This document shows positions 19,821-30,300 of a stretch of 64,000 nucleotides of DNA, piece after piece. This stretch comes from an uncultured Candidatus Rokubacteria bacterium (GTDB lineage Bacteria; Methylomirabilota; Methylomirabilia; Rokubacteriales; CSP1-6): the NCBI GenBank assembly GCA_963762145.1, contig CAVXJS010000011.1:832001-896000 (forward strand). Direction: 5' to 3'. Both the position numbers and the translations under genes were made by a program. Within the stretch, counting starts at the first letter, position 1, and the number at the start of each line of letters is the position of its first letter. The notes under the pieces were generated by a model, which worked only from the letters and a program-made list of their open reading frames with translations, had not been told where the DNA came from and did not search any database.

Positions 19821-22800
19821 ATGCCGTCCGAGACGAGGCCGTCCAAGGCGGGCCGCTGGTCGGAGCCGGCCCTGCGGGTCCTGCGGGAGCGGTACCTCGC
19901 GCGCGACCAGGGCCAGGTCCGGGAGACCCCCGAGGAGATGTGCTGGCGGGTCGCGATGGCCATCGCCTCCGGGGAGAGCCGGTTCGGACGCAGCGCGGCC
20001 GCGGTCGGGGAGGTCGCCGCCGCCTTCTACGACATGATGGTCGAGGGCTATTTCCTCCCGAACTCCCCCACGCTGATGAACGCGGGCAAGGAGAACGCGC
20101 TGCAGTACTCCGCCTGCTACGTGCTGCCGGTGGGCGACTCGATGGAGGAGATCTTCGAGTCGGTCAAGGCGGCGGCCATCATCCAGCAGTCGGGCGGCGG
20201 TACCGGGTTCGCGTTCTCGCGCCTCCGCCCCAAGGACGACGTCGTCCACTCCACGGGCGGGCGGGCGTCGGGGCCGGTGTCGTTCCTGCGCGTGTTCAAC
20301 GCGGCCACCGAGGCCGTGAAGCAGGGCGGCGCGCGCCGCGGGGCCAACATGGGCATCCTCCGGGTGGACCATCCGGACGTGCTCGAGTTCATCGAGTGCA
20401 AGCTCGACGGCGGCATCACCAACTTCAACATCTCGGTCGCGGCCACCGATGCCTTCATGGACGCGGTCGCGGCCGACGGCGAGTACGACCTGATCAATCC
20501 CCGCACCGGCCAGGTCGCGGGCCGCCTGCGCGCCCGCGAGGTCTGGGACCGCATCGTGCGCGCGGCGTGGCGCACCGGCGACCCGGGCATGATCTTCCTC
20601 GACCGCATCAACCGCAGCCCCGCGAATCCGACGCCGGATCTCGGCCTGATCGAGGCGACGAATCCCTGCATCGGCGGGGACGCCCTGGTCGCGACGGATC
20701 GCGGGCTGCTCCGCATGGATGCGATCGCGGAGCGCTACCGGGAAGGCGGCCTGGCGGTGAAGGTGGACCAGCGACTGCTCCCGTCGCGGCTCATGGTGTG
20801 GGAAGGCACGAACAACGTGCGGATCACCGCCTACGGGCAGGGGTGCCTGCCGATCAGCCGGGCGTTCCACTCGGGCATGCGGGAAACCGTGACGGTGCGG
20901 ACCGCGGCGGGTTTCGAGCTGACCTGCACGCCCGATCACCGCTTGATGACGGACCGCGGCTGGGTGGAGGCCGGGGCCCTGCAGGTCGACGTGGATCGGG
21001 TCTGGGTCCAGAGCGATCCAGGGGCCTTCGAGGACGACGCGACCCTGCCGGTGGCGGTGCCGTCCGAGTTCGTCGGGCGCAACGGACGGCGCTACCGCCA
21101 CGCCCTGCCGCAGCGGTGGAGCGCCGATCTCGGCCGCGTCCTGGGCTGGCTCGTGGGCGACGGCTGGCTGCGCACCGCGGCCTATCCGCGGGTGGGCTTC
21201 GTGTTCGGTCCCGAGGACGACGGGGCGCTCGAGCGCATCGCGGGAGTCGTGACGCCGTGGTTCGGGCGGCCCGTGAAGGTCTGGTCCCGCGCGCGCGGCG
21301 TGCGGCACCTCATGTATCCCGGCAGGTTCTTCTCCGCGTTCTTCGAGTCGCTCGGCGTCCGGGCGGTGGGCGCGCGCGACAAGACGGTGCCCGAGACCTT
21401 GTTCCGGGCCCCGCGCCCGGCGGTCGTCGGGTTCCTCCAGGGACTCTTCTCGGCGGACGGGGTTTCAAACTCTCCTGAACGGATCGCGCTCACGTCGAAG
21501 AGCCGGGAGCTGCTCCGGGGCGTGCAGCTCCTGCTCCTGAACCTCGGGATCAAGAGCAGTGTCATGGATCGATCGCGGGCACCTCGTGAGGGTCTCTTCC
21601 CCTACCGGACCAAGGCGGGCGAGCTGCGCTCCTACGGCTCCGACGGCGTTCTGTTCGAGCTCGGCATCTTCGGCAAGTCACGCGGCCTGTTCCTCCGGGA
21701 GATCGGGTTCCTCAACGACAAGCAGCGTCGCCTCGAGCCGGTGCGCCACGCCGGTTCGTACGCGCAGAAGTGGAGCGATCCGGTGGCGGCGGTGGTTCCC
21801 GCCGGCCCCCGCGCGGTCTACGACCTGACCGAGCCGCAGAGCCACTCGATGGTCGCCAACGGGTTTGTCGTCCACCAATGCGGCGAGCAGCCGCTCTTGC
21901 CGAACGACGCGTGCAACCTCGGGTCGGTGAACGTGGCGAAGTTCGCGGTCGAGCGGGCGGGGCGGTGGGAGCTCGACTGGGGCGAGCTCGAGCGGGTGGT
22001 GCGCCTCGCGGTGCGTTTCCTCGACGACGTGATCGAGGTCAATCCATATCCGCTCGAGCAGGTGGACGAGATGGTGAAGGCCAACCGCCGCGTGGGCCTG
22101 GGCGTCATGGGCTGGGCGGACCTGCTCTTCACGCTCGGCATCCCCTACGACAGCGAGGACGCGCTCGAGCTGGCCGAGCGCTTGATGGTCTTCATCAAGG
22201 AGAAGGGCCACGATCAGTCGGCCCGGCTGGCCGAGGAGCGCGGCCCGTTCCCGCACTGGGGCCGCTCCATCTACCGGCACGGCCGCCCGCTGCGCAACGC
22301 CACCGTGACCACCATCGCGCCCACCGGGACGATCTCGATGATCGCGGGGTGCTCGTCCGGCATCGAGCCCGTGTTCGCGCTGGCCTTCGAGCATCGGGTG
22401 AAGGGGCCGGACGGGGAGCGCGTGCTGCCGTTCTTCAGCGAGACCTTCGAGCGGCTGGCCCGGCGGCAGGGCTTCCACTCCGAGAGCCTGATGACGGAGG
22501 TCGCCCGCCGCGGCTCGCTGGCGGGCGTCGAGGGCGTGCCCCCCGCCGCGCGCGAGATCTTCAAGACCGCGCACGAGATCGAGGCGGTCTGGCACGTGCG
22601 GCACCAGGCCGCCTTCCAGAAGCACACCGACAACGGGGTGTCGAAGACGATCAACCTGCCCGAGAGCGCGACCGAAGAGGACGTGGCGGCCGCCTACCGG
22701 CAGGCGTGGGACCTGGGCTGTCTCGGCATCACCGTCTTCCGCGACGGCTCGAAGGGCAGCCAGGTCCTCAACATGGGCCTGCGCGGCGACGGCGCCGCGG

Positions 22801-23315
22801 GAGATCCGGGGCAGCGCGGCGTGAAGCCGCGTCCGCACAGCCTCACCGGGGCCACGTACCGGATGGAGACCCCGATCGGGACCGCCTTCATCACGGTCAA
22901 CGACAACGGCGGCGGCGAGCCCTTCGAGGTCTTCGTGCAGGTGGGCAAGGCGGGATCGGACACCATGGCGGTGGCGGAGGCGCTCGGACGGCTCGTCTCG
23001 CTCGTGCTGCGGCTGCCGTCCCCGCTGTCGCCGCGGCAGCGGCTCGAGGCGGCGATCAGTCAGCTCTCCTTCATCGGCGGCGGCCAGCCGACCGGCTTCG
23101 GCGCGGCCAAGGTGCTCTCGCTTCCCGACGCGCTCGCGCGCACGCTCGCCGAGCACATCGGCACGCCGCGCGCGACGCCGGTGCCCGCGTCGGCTCCCGC
23201 CCCCGGCGGCGGGCTGCGCCGGGTGGGGGATCTGTGCCGCGAATGCGGCCAGGCCACGCTGGTGTACGAGGAAGGGTGCAAGAAGTGTCTCTCCTGCGGG
23301 TTCAACGAGTGCTAG
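19821..23315 (+). CDS. nrdJ: Class II (B12-dependent) ribonucleotide reductase with fused C-terminal TSCPD-like domain and Zn ribbon; contains an intein
   Basis: FLPNSPTLMNAG, SACYVL, SGGGTG, RRGANM, TNP/CGEQ, TIAPTGTIS, SKTIN and C-terminal CxxC...CxxC. Confidence 0.93.
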   Translation: MPSETRPSKAGRWSEPALRVLRERYLARDQGQVRETPEEMCWRVAMAIASGESRFGRSAAAVGEVAAAFYDMMVEGYFLPNSPTLMNAGKENALQYSACYVLPVGDSMEEIFESVKAAAIIQQSGGGTGFAFSRLRPKDDVVHSTGGRASGPVSFLRVFNAATEAVKQGGARRGANMGILRVDHPDVLEFIECKLDGGITNFNISVAATDAFMDAVAADGEYDLINPRTGQVAGRLRAREVWDRIVRAAWRTGDPGMIFLDRINRSPANPTPDLGLIEATNPCIGGDALVATDRGLLRMDAIAERYREGGLAVKVDQRLLPSRLMVWEGTNNVRITAYGQGCLPISRAFHSGMRETVTVRTAAGFELTCTPDHRLMTDRGWVEAGALQVDVDRVWVQSDPGAFEDDATLPVAVPSEFVGRNGRRYRHALPQRWSADLGRVLGWLVGDGWLRTAAYPRVGFVFGPEDDGALERIAGVVTPWFGRPVKVWSRARGVRHLMYPGRFFSAFFESLGVRAVGARDKTVPETLFRAPRPAVVGFLQGLFSADGVSNSPERIALTSKSRELLRGVQLLLLNLGIKSSVMDRSRAPREGLFPYRTKAGELRSYGSDGVLFELGIFGKSRGLFLREIGFLNDKQRRLEPVRHAGSYAQKWSDPVAAVVPAGPRAVYDLTEPQSHSMVANGFVVHQCGEQPLLPNDACNLGSVNVAKFAVERAGRWELDWGELERVVRLAVRFLDDVIEVNPYPLEQVDEMVKANRRVGLGVMGWADLLFTLGIPYDSEDALELAERLMVFIKEKGHDQSARLAEERGPFPHWGRSIYRHGRPLRNATVTTIAPTGTISMIAGCSSGIEPVFALAFEHRVKGPDGERVLPFFSETFERLARRQGFHSESLMTEVARRGSLAGVEGVPPAAREIFKTAHEIEAVWHVRHQAAFQKHTDNGVSKTINLPESATEEDVAAAYRQAWDLGCLGITVFRDGSKGSQVLNMGLRGDGAAGDPGQRGVKPRPHSLTGATYRMETPIGTAFITVNDNGGGEPFEVFVQVGKAGSDTMAVAEALGRLVSLVLRLPSPLSPRQRLEAAISQLSFIGGGQPTGFGAAKVLSLPDALARTLAEHIGTPRATPVPASAPAPGGGLRRVGDLCRECGQATLVYEEGCKKCLSCGFNEC
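20667..21878 (+). mobile_element. Intein (404 aa) with LAGLIDADG homing endonuclease and C-terminal His-Gln
   Basis: Splits EATNP|CGEQ. Begins CIGGDALV, block B TPDH, endonuclease motifs LGWLVGDG and FLQGLFSADG, ends VYDLTEP..ANGFVVHQ. Confidence 0.95.
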
Positions 23316-23324
23316 GGAGCGGCC

Positions 23325-23642
23325 ATGTTCTCAGGCGGTGACTACGAGGAAGTGGGCCGCTGGCTGCGCAACTTCGTGCTCGCGCACGCCAAGCGGGAGA
23401 ACCTGCGCGTGGAGGCGGTGGTCGAGAGCGAGGGGCCGCGCGAGGGGCAGAGCTACGGGGTCCGCCTGCGGCTCGGCGACGGCCTGCGCCCCGCGCCGCC
23501 CGCGCCCGCGGTGGAGCTCGGCTTCCCCGAGGTCGCGCAGAACCGCGGGAGCCTCGCGTGGTGCAGCGGCCTCGCGGATCGCGTGCGCACGCTCGCGCGC
23601 GAGTTCCCCGCGGCCGGTCCCGCCCCGCTACGCTCCGCCTGA
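23325..23642 (+). CDS. Hypothetical protein (105 aa)
   Basis: SD GGAG and ATG 9 nt after nrdJ; host-like codon usage. Confidence 0.7.
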   Translation: MFSGGDYEEVGRWLRNFVLAHAKRENLRVEAVVESEGPREGQSYGVRLRLGDGLRPAPPAPAVELGFPEVAQNRGSLAWCSGLADRVRTLAREFPAAGPAPLRSA

Positions 23643-23646
23643 GCCG

Positions 23647-25185
23647 GTGAGGACGGCGCCGGCCGTCCGCTGGTGGGCTCCCGGCGACTGGAACGCGTTC
23701 TTCGGGCTCGCGCTCGACAACCTCGGCCTCTTCGTCATCTTCTCGGGGCTCCTGATCGGCGTCTTCGGATTCCCCTCCGACCTCGTTCTGCACGTCATGG
23801 TGCCGGGCACCGCGGCCGGCGTGCTCCTGGGCAACCTGATCTACACCGGCCTCGCGGTCCGGCTGATGCGGCGCACCGGCCGGAGCGACGTGACCGCGAT
23901 GCCCTTCGGTCTCGACACGCCGTCGCTCTTCGGGGTCGTCTTCGGCGTCCTGGGGCCCTCCATGGTCCTCACGGGCGATCCGGTGATGGCCTGGAAGATC
24001 GGCATGGGCGTCACGGTGGCGATGGGGGTGATCAAGCTCGGCTGCGCGTTCGCGGGAGACTGGGCGCGCCGCGTGGTGCCGCGGGCCGCCCTGCTCGGCT
24101 CGATCGCGGGAGTCGCGATCCTGCTCATCGCCTTCCTGCCCGCCCTGCGCATCTTCGGCGATCCGCTCGTCGGCGTGGTCTCGCTCATCGTGCTCCTCGC
24201 CGCGCTGCTGGGTGGCGTGCGGATGCCGTGGGGAATGCCGGGCGCGCTGGCGGCGGTGCTCGCGGGTACCGTCATCTTCTGGGGGCGCTGGGCGATCGAG
24301 GGCGCGGCCGGGGCGCCGGGACCGCATCCGGCGATCACGCTCGGGAGTCTCGCCCTGGCGCTGCCCCTCCCGACGCTGGCCTGGCTCGACGCGCTCGACG
24401 CCACCCTCCCGTACCTGCCGCTCGCGGTCCCCTTCGCGCTGGCCACCGTGGTCGGCGGCATCGACAATACCGAGTCGGCCATCGTCGCCGGCGACGAGTA
24501 CCGCACGCGCGACATCCTGCTGACCGAGGCGGTCGCCACGATCGCGGCCGGATGCTGCGGGGGCGTGATCCAGAACACGCCGTACATCGGGCATCCCGCG
24601 TACAAGGCGATGGGCGCGCGGGCCGGGTACACGCTGGCCACCGGCCTGCTGATCGGCGTCGGCGCGGCGGTGGGCGTCGTCGCGGTGCTCGTGCGCCTCC
24701 TGCCGGAGGCGGCCGTCGCGCCGATCCTGGTCTTCGTGGGGCTCCAGATCACCGCGCAGGCCTTCCTGGCCTCTCCGGCGCGTCACGCTCCCGCGGTCGC
24801 GATCTCCTTCCTGCCCGCGGTGGCCGCGCTCGTGTTGATCGAAGGCGGCCTGCTCCTCGGCGGGGTGGGCAAGAGCCCGGCCGATCTGACCGGCGGAGGC
24901 CAGCTCCTGTGGGGCGCGCTCCTGGTGCTGGGCAACGGCTTCATCCTGACCGCGCTGGTGTGGGGCTCGGCTCTGGTCGCGATCATCGAGCGGCGCCTGC
25001 ACGTCGCGGCCGCCGTCCTCGCGGTCGCGGCGGTGGCCACGCTCTTCGGGTTGATTCACTCGCCGCTGGCGGGCGGGGCGGTGTTCTGGCCGTGGGCGGT
25101 GGCGAGCGGGGCGCCGCACGCGCTGGCCGCCGGCTATGGCGTCGCCGCGTCGCTCCTGCTGCTGCTGGGTCGCGGCGAGGCCTAG
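23647..25185 (+). CDS. Xanthine/uracil (NCS2/AzgA-like) permease
   Basis: GDWNAFFGLALDN, VTAMPFGLDTPS, DNTESA and TPYIGHPAYKAMGARAGY; many TM segments. Confidence 0.8.
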   Translation: MRTAPAVRWWAPGDWNAFFGLALDNLGLFVIFSGLLIGVFGFPSDLVLHVMVPGTAAGVLLGNLIYTGLAVRLMRRTGRSDVTAMPFGLDTPSLFGVVFGVLGPSMVLTGDPVMAWKIGMGVTVAMGVIKLGCAFAGDWARRVVPRAALLGSIAGVAILLIAFLPALRIFGDPLVGVVSLIVLLAALLGGVRMPWGMPGALAAVLAGTVIFWGRWAIEGAAGAPGPHPAITLGSLALALPLPTLAWLDALDATLPYLPLAVPFALATVVGGIDNTESAIVAGDEYRTRDILLTEAVATIAAGCCGGVIQNTPYIGHPAYKAMGARAGYTLATGLLIGVGAAVGVVAVLVRLLPEAAVAPILVFVGLQITAQAFLASPARHAPAVAISFLPAVAALVLIEGGLLLGGVGKSPADLTGGGQLLWGALLVLGNGFILTALVWGSALVAIIERRLHVAAAVLAVAAVATLFGLIHSPLAGGAVFWPWAVASGAPHALAAGYGVAASLLLLLGRGEA

Positions 25186-26508
25186 CTCCCGATCGCGTCC
25201 AGCATCTCGCGGTCGGAGCGGAACTTGAACTCCTCGACCTTGTCCGCCGCCGCGCGCGCCTTCTCCGCCGCCTCGAGCCGCTGCACGGCGGGGTAGTCCA
25301 CGACGACCGCGCCCCGCTCGTCGAGCGTGCGGCGCAGCGACTCGACCGCGCGCTCGGCCTCGCGCGCGGGGCCGCTTCGGCCGGGCGGCCAGATAGCCCG
25401 CGACGTGCCTGATGCCGGTTTCCGCGTCGAGCCGCGCGCGGCCCACCACCCCGTCGCTGGCGCGCCGGGCCCAGCCGACCACGAACACGCCCGGCTCGGC
25501 GGCTCCCGCGCCGGGGTCGAGCACCTGGTACGCCGCGGCGGGGTCCTCACCGGGTACGGTGAGATAGAGCCCGTCCTTGTACGGCAGGCCCGCGTTCTCG
25601 TCGACGCGGTCGCCCACCGCGAACACCACCGTGTCGGCCGGGATGACCGCGGTCTCGCCGGTGCCGGCCGCGACGATGCGGTCGCCCTTGCGGTCGAGCC
25701 GGTTCTCTTCCACCTCGAGCCCGACAACGCGGCCCTCCTCGGCCACCACGCGCTTGGGCGAGGCCAGGAAGCGGAAGCGCAGCCGGGCGCGGGCCCGCGG
25801 CGACCCCTCGGGCTTGGCCGCGAGCGCGGTGAGTAGCTCGTCCGGGTTCTGGCCCGCAGCCACGAGCCGCGGCCGGATGCGCTCGACCTCCTCGCGGTAG
25901 AGCGCGTGGTCGAAGGCATCCTCGACGTCCTCGAACTCGCGGTCGTCGTAGGCCTTCTCGAACGGCCCGCGCCGCGCGATCGCGATGATCTCCTCGCAGT
26001 CGGTGAAGTGGGCGCAGTAGTTCGCGATGTCGACCATCACGTTGCCGACGCCCACGATGGCGACGCGCCGGCCCATCGGGAAGGGCCGCTCGCTGAAGGG
26101 CGGCAGGCGATTGTAGTGATAGACCAGGTCCTTGGCATGGTAGACGCCGGGCAGGCGCTCGCCGTCGACGCCCAGGTACTTGGTGCCCTGCGCGCCGATC
26201 GCGTAGACGAGCGCGTCGAAGCCGAGGCTCGCCAGGCCGGGAACCGTGAGATCTCCCGAGTTTGAGATCGTCACGTGTCCAAGGTAGGTTACGAGTGGAT
26301 CGCTGAGGATCTTGTGGAACTGGCGGCGCAGCCCGCCTTTCATCTTGTACTTGTTCAGGAAGATGCCGTACTCGGCCAGCCCGCCCGGCTTGATGTCCCG
26401 GTTGAGCAGGACCACGCGGGCGCCGCTCGCGGCCAGGGCCCGGGCGGCGAAGAGGCCGGCGGGCCCCGCGCCGATCACCGCGACGAGATGGACGGGTTCG
26501 TCGGCCAT
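25182..26508 (-). CDS. FAD-dependent ferredoxin-NADP+ reductase-like (adrenodoxin reductase family) protein; frameshift near 25370
   Basis: VIGAGPAGLFAA, GGLAEYG, GVGNVMVD, ARRGP and VVGWARRASDGVVG. Confidence 0.85.
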
Positions 26509-26655
26509 GCCGCCGAGACCATAGCACAACCGGTGAAGCCCTTGACCACCCCCACTTGACCCCCCCAGGACGGGTAGTGTTAAATGAGAGTGCGTTTCGT
26601 CAATGATGACGGGGCGATTCGCTTCATGTTCCCCGCTCCCACAGGAGGCGTCTCG

Positions 26656-27078
26656 ATGAAGTCGGTGTCGCTCGTGACCGGTGGTCTCGCCCTGGCCGTG
26701 GCCCTGCTGATGCTCGCGTCGGGCCGCGGGCCCGTGGATGTGGCTGCCCAGACGGGGCCGTGGGTCGCGCCCGAGTCGGAGAAGGCGAAGAAGAACCCGC
26801 TGCCCGCCGACAAGAAGGCCATCGAGCAGGGCGAGAAGGTCGCCAAGATCAACTGCGTGTCGTGTCACGGTCCCCTCGGCAAGGGCAATGGGCCCGCCGC
26901 GGTGGCGCTGAACCCCAAGCCGGCCGACTGGACGTCGAAGCGGGTGCAGGACGAGCCGGACGGGGAGATCTTCTGGAAAATCACCACCGGGCGGGGCGCG
27001 ATGCCCTCCTGGCGGCACCTGCCCGAGAACGACCGCTGGGCCGTCGTCCGATTCATCCGCACGCTCGCCGGGAAGTGA
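26656..27078 (+). CDS. Monoheme cytochrome c
   Basis: SD GGAGG, signal peptide, CVSCHG and distal Met in GRGAMP. Confidence 0.9.
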   Translation: MKSVSLVTGGLALAVALLMLASGRGPVDVAAQTGPWVAPESEKAKKNPLPADKKAIEQGEKVAKINCVSCHGPLGKGNGPAAVALNPKPADWTSKRVQDEPDGEIFWKITTGRGAMPSWRHLPENDRWAVVRFIRTLAGK

Positions 27079-27094
27079 TCCGGAGGCGGGGGCG

Positions 27095-29353
27095 ATGAGC
27101 GGCGACTCGGTCCGCGCCGCGCTCTCCCAGCTGGGCGACGTCCTCGAGCACCTCCGCGAGCGCCTGGGCGACGGGCCCGACCCTGCGGCCCATCCCGACC
27201 GGGACGCGCACGCGCTCGACATATTCCAGGAGGTCCTCTCGGTCCCGCCGCTCGGGCTGCCGCCCGGCGAGCTGTTCGGGCTGGCGATGGATCGCGTCTC
27301 CCGGCTGCTCGCGGCGGACCGCGCGCTGCTGTTCGTGGTGGACGACACGACCGGGCGCCTCACGCCTCGGTCGGCTCGCGGCTTCCGGCGCGACGACCTC
27401 GAGACCGTCGTGCTCGATCCGGGCGAGGGGCTGGTCGGGCGCGTCTTCGCCGAGAAGCGGGTGCTGACGTACGATGCGGCCGGCGAGCCCTCCGGCCGCG
27501 ATCCGTTCGTCGAGCGGTTCCCGATGCGGCAGGGTATCGCGGTCCCGGTGCGGACCGAGGGCGAGGTCGGCGGGGTGCTGTTCGCGGGCCGCCAGGATCT
27601 GGGCGCTCCCTTCACCACGACCGACGTGCTCCTGCTCCTCGTGATCGCGGACCGCGTCGGCTCGTCGCTCGTCCACCAGCGGTTGCTCGAGCGGCGAGGC
27701 GATCACCTCGTGCACCTGCGCGAGCTGCGCGGCCTCGTGGACGCGAATCTTCCCGCGCGGGAGCCGCGCGAGATCCTGGCCCGCGCGTGCGACGCGGCCT
27801 GCCGGCTGGCGGGTGTGCGCGGCGCCTTCGCGCTGACCGGCTCCGGGCCCGGGCACGTCGCCGGGCTCGCGGGCGCGGGCCTGCTCGCCAGCGTCGGGCC
27901 CGAGCGGTTCCGGGCGGACGACGACCTGCTCGTGGACGGCTTCGCCGCCGACGGTCCGCTGGCGATCCGCGACCTCCAGGCCCGGCGCCCCGGCCGTCCC
28001 GGGCTGCTCGAGGAGGAGGGGATCCGGGCGGCCCTGGTGGTGCCGATGCGCGCGCGCGGCCGCGTGGTGGGGCTCCTCTGCCTGGCAGACCCGGAGCCGA
28101 GGGACTTCTCGCCGGAGGAAACGGAGTCCGCGCTGATGCTGGCGGCCCTCGCCGCGGGCGCGCTCGAGACGGAGCGGCAGATCGCCGAGAGCCGCCGCGC
28201 CGACGGCGATCACGAGGCGGACGAGGCCGCCGCGCGGCGGGCCGACCGGACCCGGGTGCTGGCCGCTCTCGGGGCCGGACTGACCCGCGAGCTGCACCCG
28301 ATCTTCGCGACCCTGCTGGGCCGCGCGCAGCTCCTGCTCGCCCGCGCCGCGACCGATCCCTTGCGCGAGGGCCTGGTCGAGCTCGAGGAAGCCGCGTGGC
28401 GCGGCACCGATCTGCTCCAGCGGCTGCTCGGGCTGGCGGAGGCCGATCAGCGCGGCGGGACCGCGGAGCTGCCGGTGATCGCCCAGGAGGCGGTCAGCTT
28501 CGCGCGCGCGCTCCTGCGCGCCGAGCCCGCGCGTGGCACGATCGAGATGACCGCGGACCTCGGGCCGACGCCGCCGGTCGAGGCGAGCGCGGTCGCGCTG
28601 CGGGAGGCCGTCGTCGCGCTCGTGCTGAACGCGGTGGACGCGATGCCCGCGGGCGGGACCCTGAGCGTGCGCACGCGCGCCCACGAAGGCGGAGTCGAGC
28701 TGGTCCTGGTGGACACCGGGGAGAGCATCCCGCCCGAGATCCGCCCGCGCATCTTCGATCCCTTCTTCACGACCCGGTCCGGCCACCTGGGCCTCGGCCT
28801 CTCCGTGGCCGAGGCGGTGGTGCTTCGCGCGGGCGGGCGTCTCGAGGTGGACCCCGCGGGCGCCGGTGGCGGCACGCGGGTCACGGTGTGGCTGCCCGCG
28901 GCGGGAGCACGGCCGGCCGCGCCGGCGCCCCCCGAGCCGGCGCGCGCGCCCGCGCCGGAAGCGCGCCGACCCGCTGCGCTCACCGGCTCGATCCTCGTGG
29001 TCGAGGAGGAGGAAGGGATCCGCACCGAGGTGCTGGATACCCTCATGGCGGTGGGGCACCGGGTGGAAGCGGTGCCCGACGCGGACGCCGCGCTGGCGCG
29101 GCTCGGGCAGGGCGGCGTCGACGTGGTCCTCACCGACCTGGCTCTGCGCGATCGGTCGGGGCTCCATCTCGCTTCTGCGGTCAAGAAGCGGAGCCCGGGC
29201 ACCGCGGTGGTGCTGCTCACCGGGTGGGGACGCCGGCTGCACGAGGATCGACTGCGCGAGTCCGGCGTGGACGTGATGCTGGTGAAGCCGCTGCAGCCCG
29301 ATCGGGTCCGCGAGGCGATCGCGGACGCGCTCTCCCTCCGTCGCCCCGCGTGA
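27095..29353 (+). CDS. GAF-GAF-HisKA-HATPase-REC hybrid sensor with degenerate H-box
   Basis: Two GAF domains; N-box LVLNAVDAM, F-box IFDPFFTT, G2 GLGLS; receiver VVLTD and VKP. Confidence 0.85.
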   Translation: MSGDSVRAALSQLGDVLEHLRERLGDGPDPAAHPDRDAHALDIFQEVLSVPPLGLPPGELFGLAMDRVSRLLAADRALLFVVDDTTGRLTPRSARGFRRDDLETVVLDPGEGLVGRVFAEKRVLTYDAAGEPSGRDPFVERFPMRQGIAVPVRTEGEVGGVLFAGRQDLGAPFTTTDVLLLLVIADRVGSSLVHQRLLERRGDHLVHLRELRGLVDANLPAREPREILARACDAACRLAGVRGAFALTGSGPGHVAGLAGAGLLASVGPERFRADDDLLVDGFAADGPLAIRDLQARRPGRPGLLEEEGIRAALVVPMRARGRVVGLLCLADPEPRDFSPEETESALMLAALAAGALETERQIAESRRADGDHEADEAAARRADRTRVLAALGAGLTRELHPIFATLLGRAQLLLARAATDPLREGLVELEEAAWRGTDLLQRLLGLAEADQRGGTAELPVIAQEAVSFARALLRAEPARGTIEMTADLGPTPPVEASAVALREAVVALVLNAVDAMPAGGTLSVRTRAHEGGVELVLVDTGESIPPEIRPRIFDPFFTTRSGHLGLGLSVAEAVVLRAGGRLEVDPAGAGGGTRVTVWLPAAGARPAAPAPPEPARAPAPEARRPAALTGSILVVEEEEGIRTEVLDTLMAVGHRVEAVPDADAALARLGQGGVDVVLTDLALRDRSGLHLASAVKKRSPGTAVVLLTGWGRRLHEDRLRESGVDVMLVKPLQPDRVREAIADALSLRRPA

Positions 29354-30300
29354 CTGCCGCCGGCGAGCGGCCGCGGCGCCTCGCGACCGTCGATCTCGGG
29401 ACCAACACCGTCCGTCTCCTCGTCGTCGAGGTGAGCGACGGGGGCTGGCGCGCGCTCCATCAGACGCAGCGGGTCACCCGGCTCGGCGAAGGGCAGGCCG
29501 CCGCCGGCCGCCTGCTCCCGGAGCCGATGCGTCGCACCGCGGCCGCGGTCGCCGACTTCGCCCGCGCCGCGCGCGGGCTCGGCGCCACCGCGGTCCGGAT
29601 CGTGGCGACGAGCGCGGTCCGGGAGGCGGGCAACCGCGGGGAGTTCGTGGCGCGCCTGGAGGCCGAATCGGGCGAGCCGGTGGAGGTCGTCTCGGGCGAG
29701 GACGAGGCGCGCCTGACGCTCCAGGGCGTCACGTCGGGTCTTCCGGGCCTCGGCGAGTCGTTCGTCCTCTTCGACATCGGCGGCGGCAGCACGGAGTTCG
29801 TGCTCGCGCGCGCCGGCGCCGCGGCCGCCGCGGTGAGCCTGCGGCTGGGCGTGGTGCCCCTGGTGGAAGAGTGGGGCGAGCCCGGGCCCGTGCGGTGGGA
29901 TCACTTCGCGCGCATGCGGGAGGGGATCGAGCGCCGACTGGCCGCCGAGGTGCCGGAGGCGATCGCGGGGGCGGGGGCGGATGAGCTGGTCGGCACCGCG
30001 GGCACCGTCACCACCCTCGCCGCGCTCGATCTCGGCCTGTCCGCGTACGACGCGGCGCGAGTACACGGCCACCGGCTCGGCCGCGCGGCGGTGGAGCGGG
30101 AGCTGGCGCGGCTCGGCGCGCTGTCCGTCGCCGACCGCGGGCGGCTGCCGTGCCTCGAGCCGGGCCGCGCGGACGTGATCATTCCCGGCATCGCGATCTG
30201 CCTGGCCACCATGGCGCGCTTCCGCCGCGAGCACCTCGTGGTCAGCGATCGGGGCCTGCGCGAAGGGATCCTCTGCGAGCTCCTGGGGGCCGCGCGGTGA
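29350..30300 (+). CDS. ppx: Ppx/GppA family exopolyphosphatase (short form)
   Basis: VDLGTNTVRL, ATSAVREAGN, DIGGGSTE, GRADVI and GLREG. Confidence 0.9.
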   Translation: MTAAGERPRRLATVDLGTNTVRLLVVEVSDGGWRALHQTQRVTRLGEGQAAAGRLLPEPMRRTAAAVADFARAARGLGATAVRIVATSAVREAGNRGEFVARLEAESGEPVEVVSGEDEARLTLQGVTSGLPGLGESFVLFDIGGGSTEFVLARAGAAAAAVSLRLGVVPLVEEWGEPGPVRWDHFARMREGIERRLAAEVPEAIAGAGADELVGTAGTVTTLAALDLGLSAYDAARVHGHRLGRAAVERELARLGALSVADRGRLPCLEPGRADVIIPGIAICLATMARFRREHLVVSDRGLREGILCELLGAAR

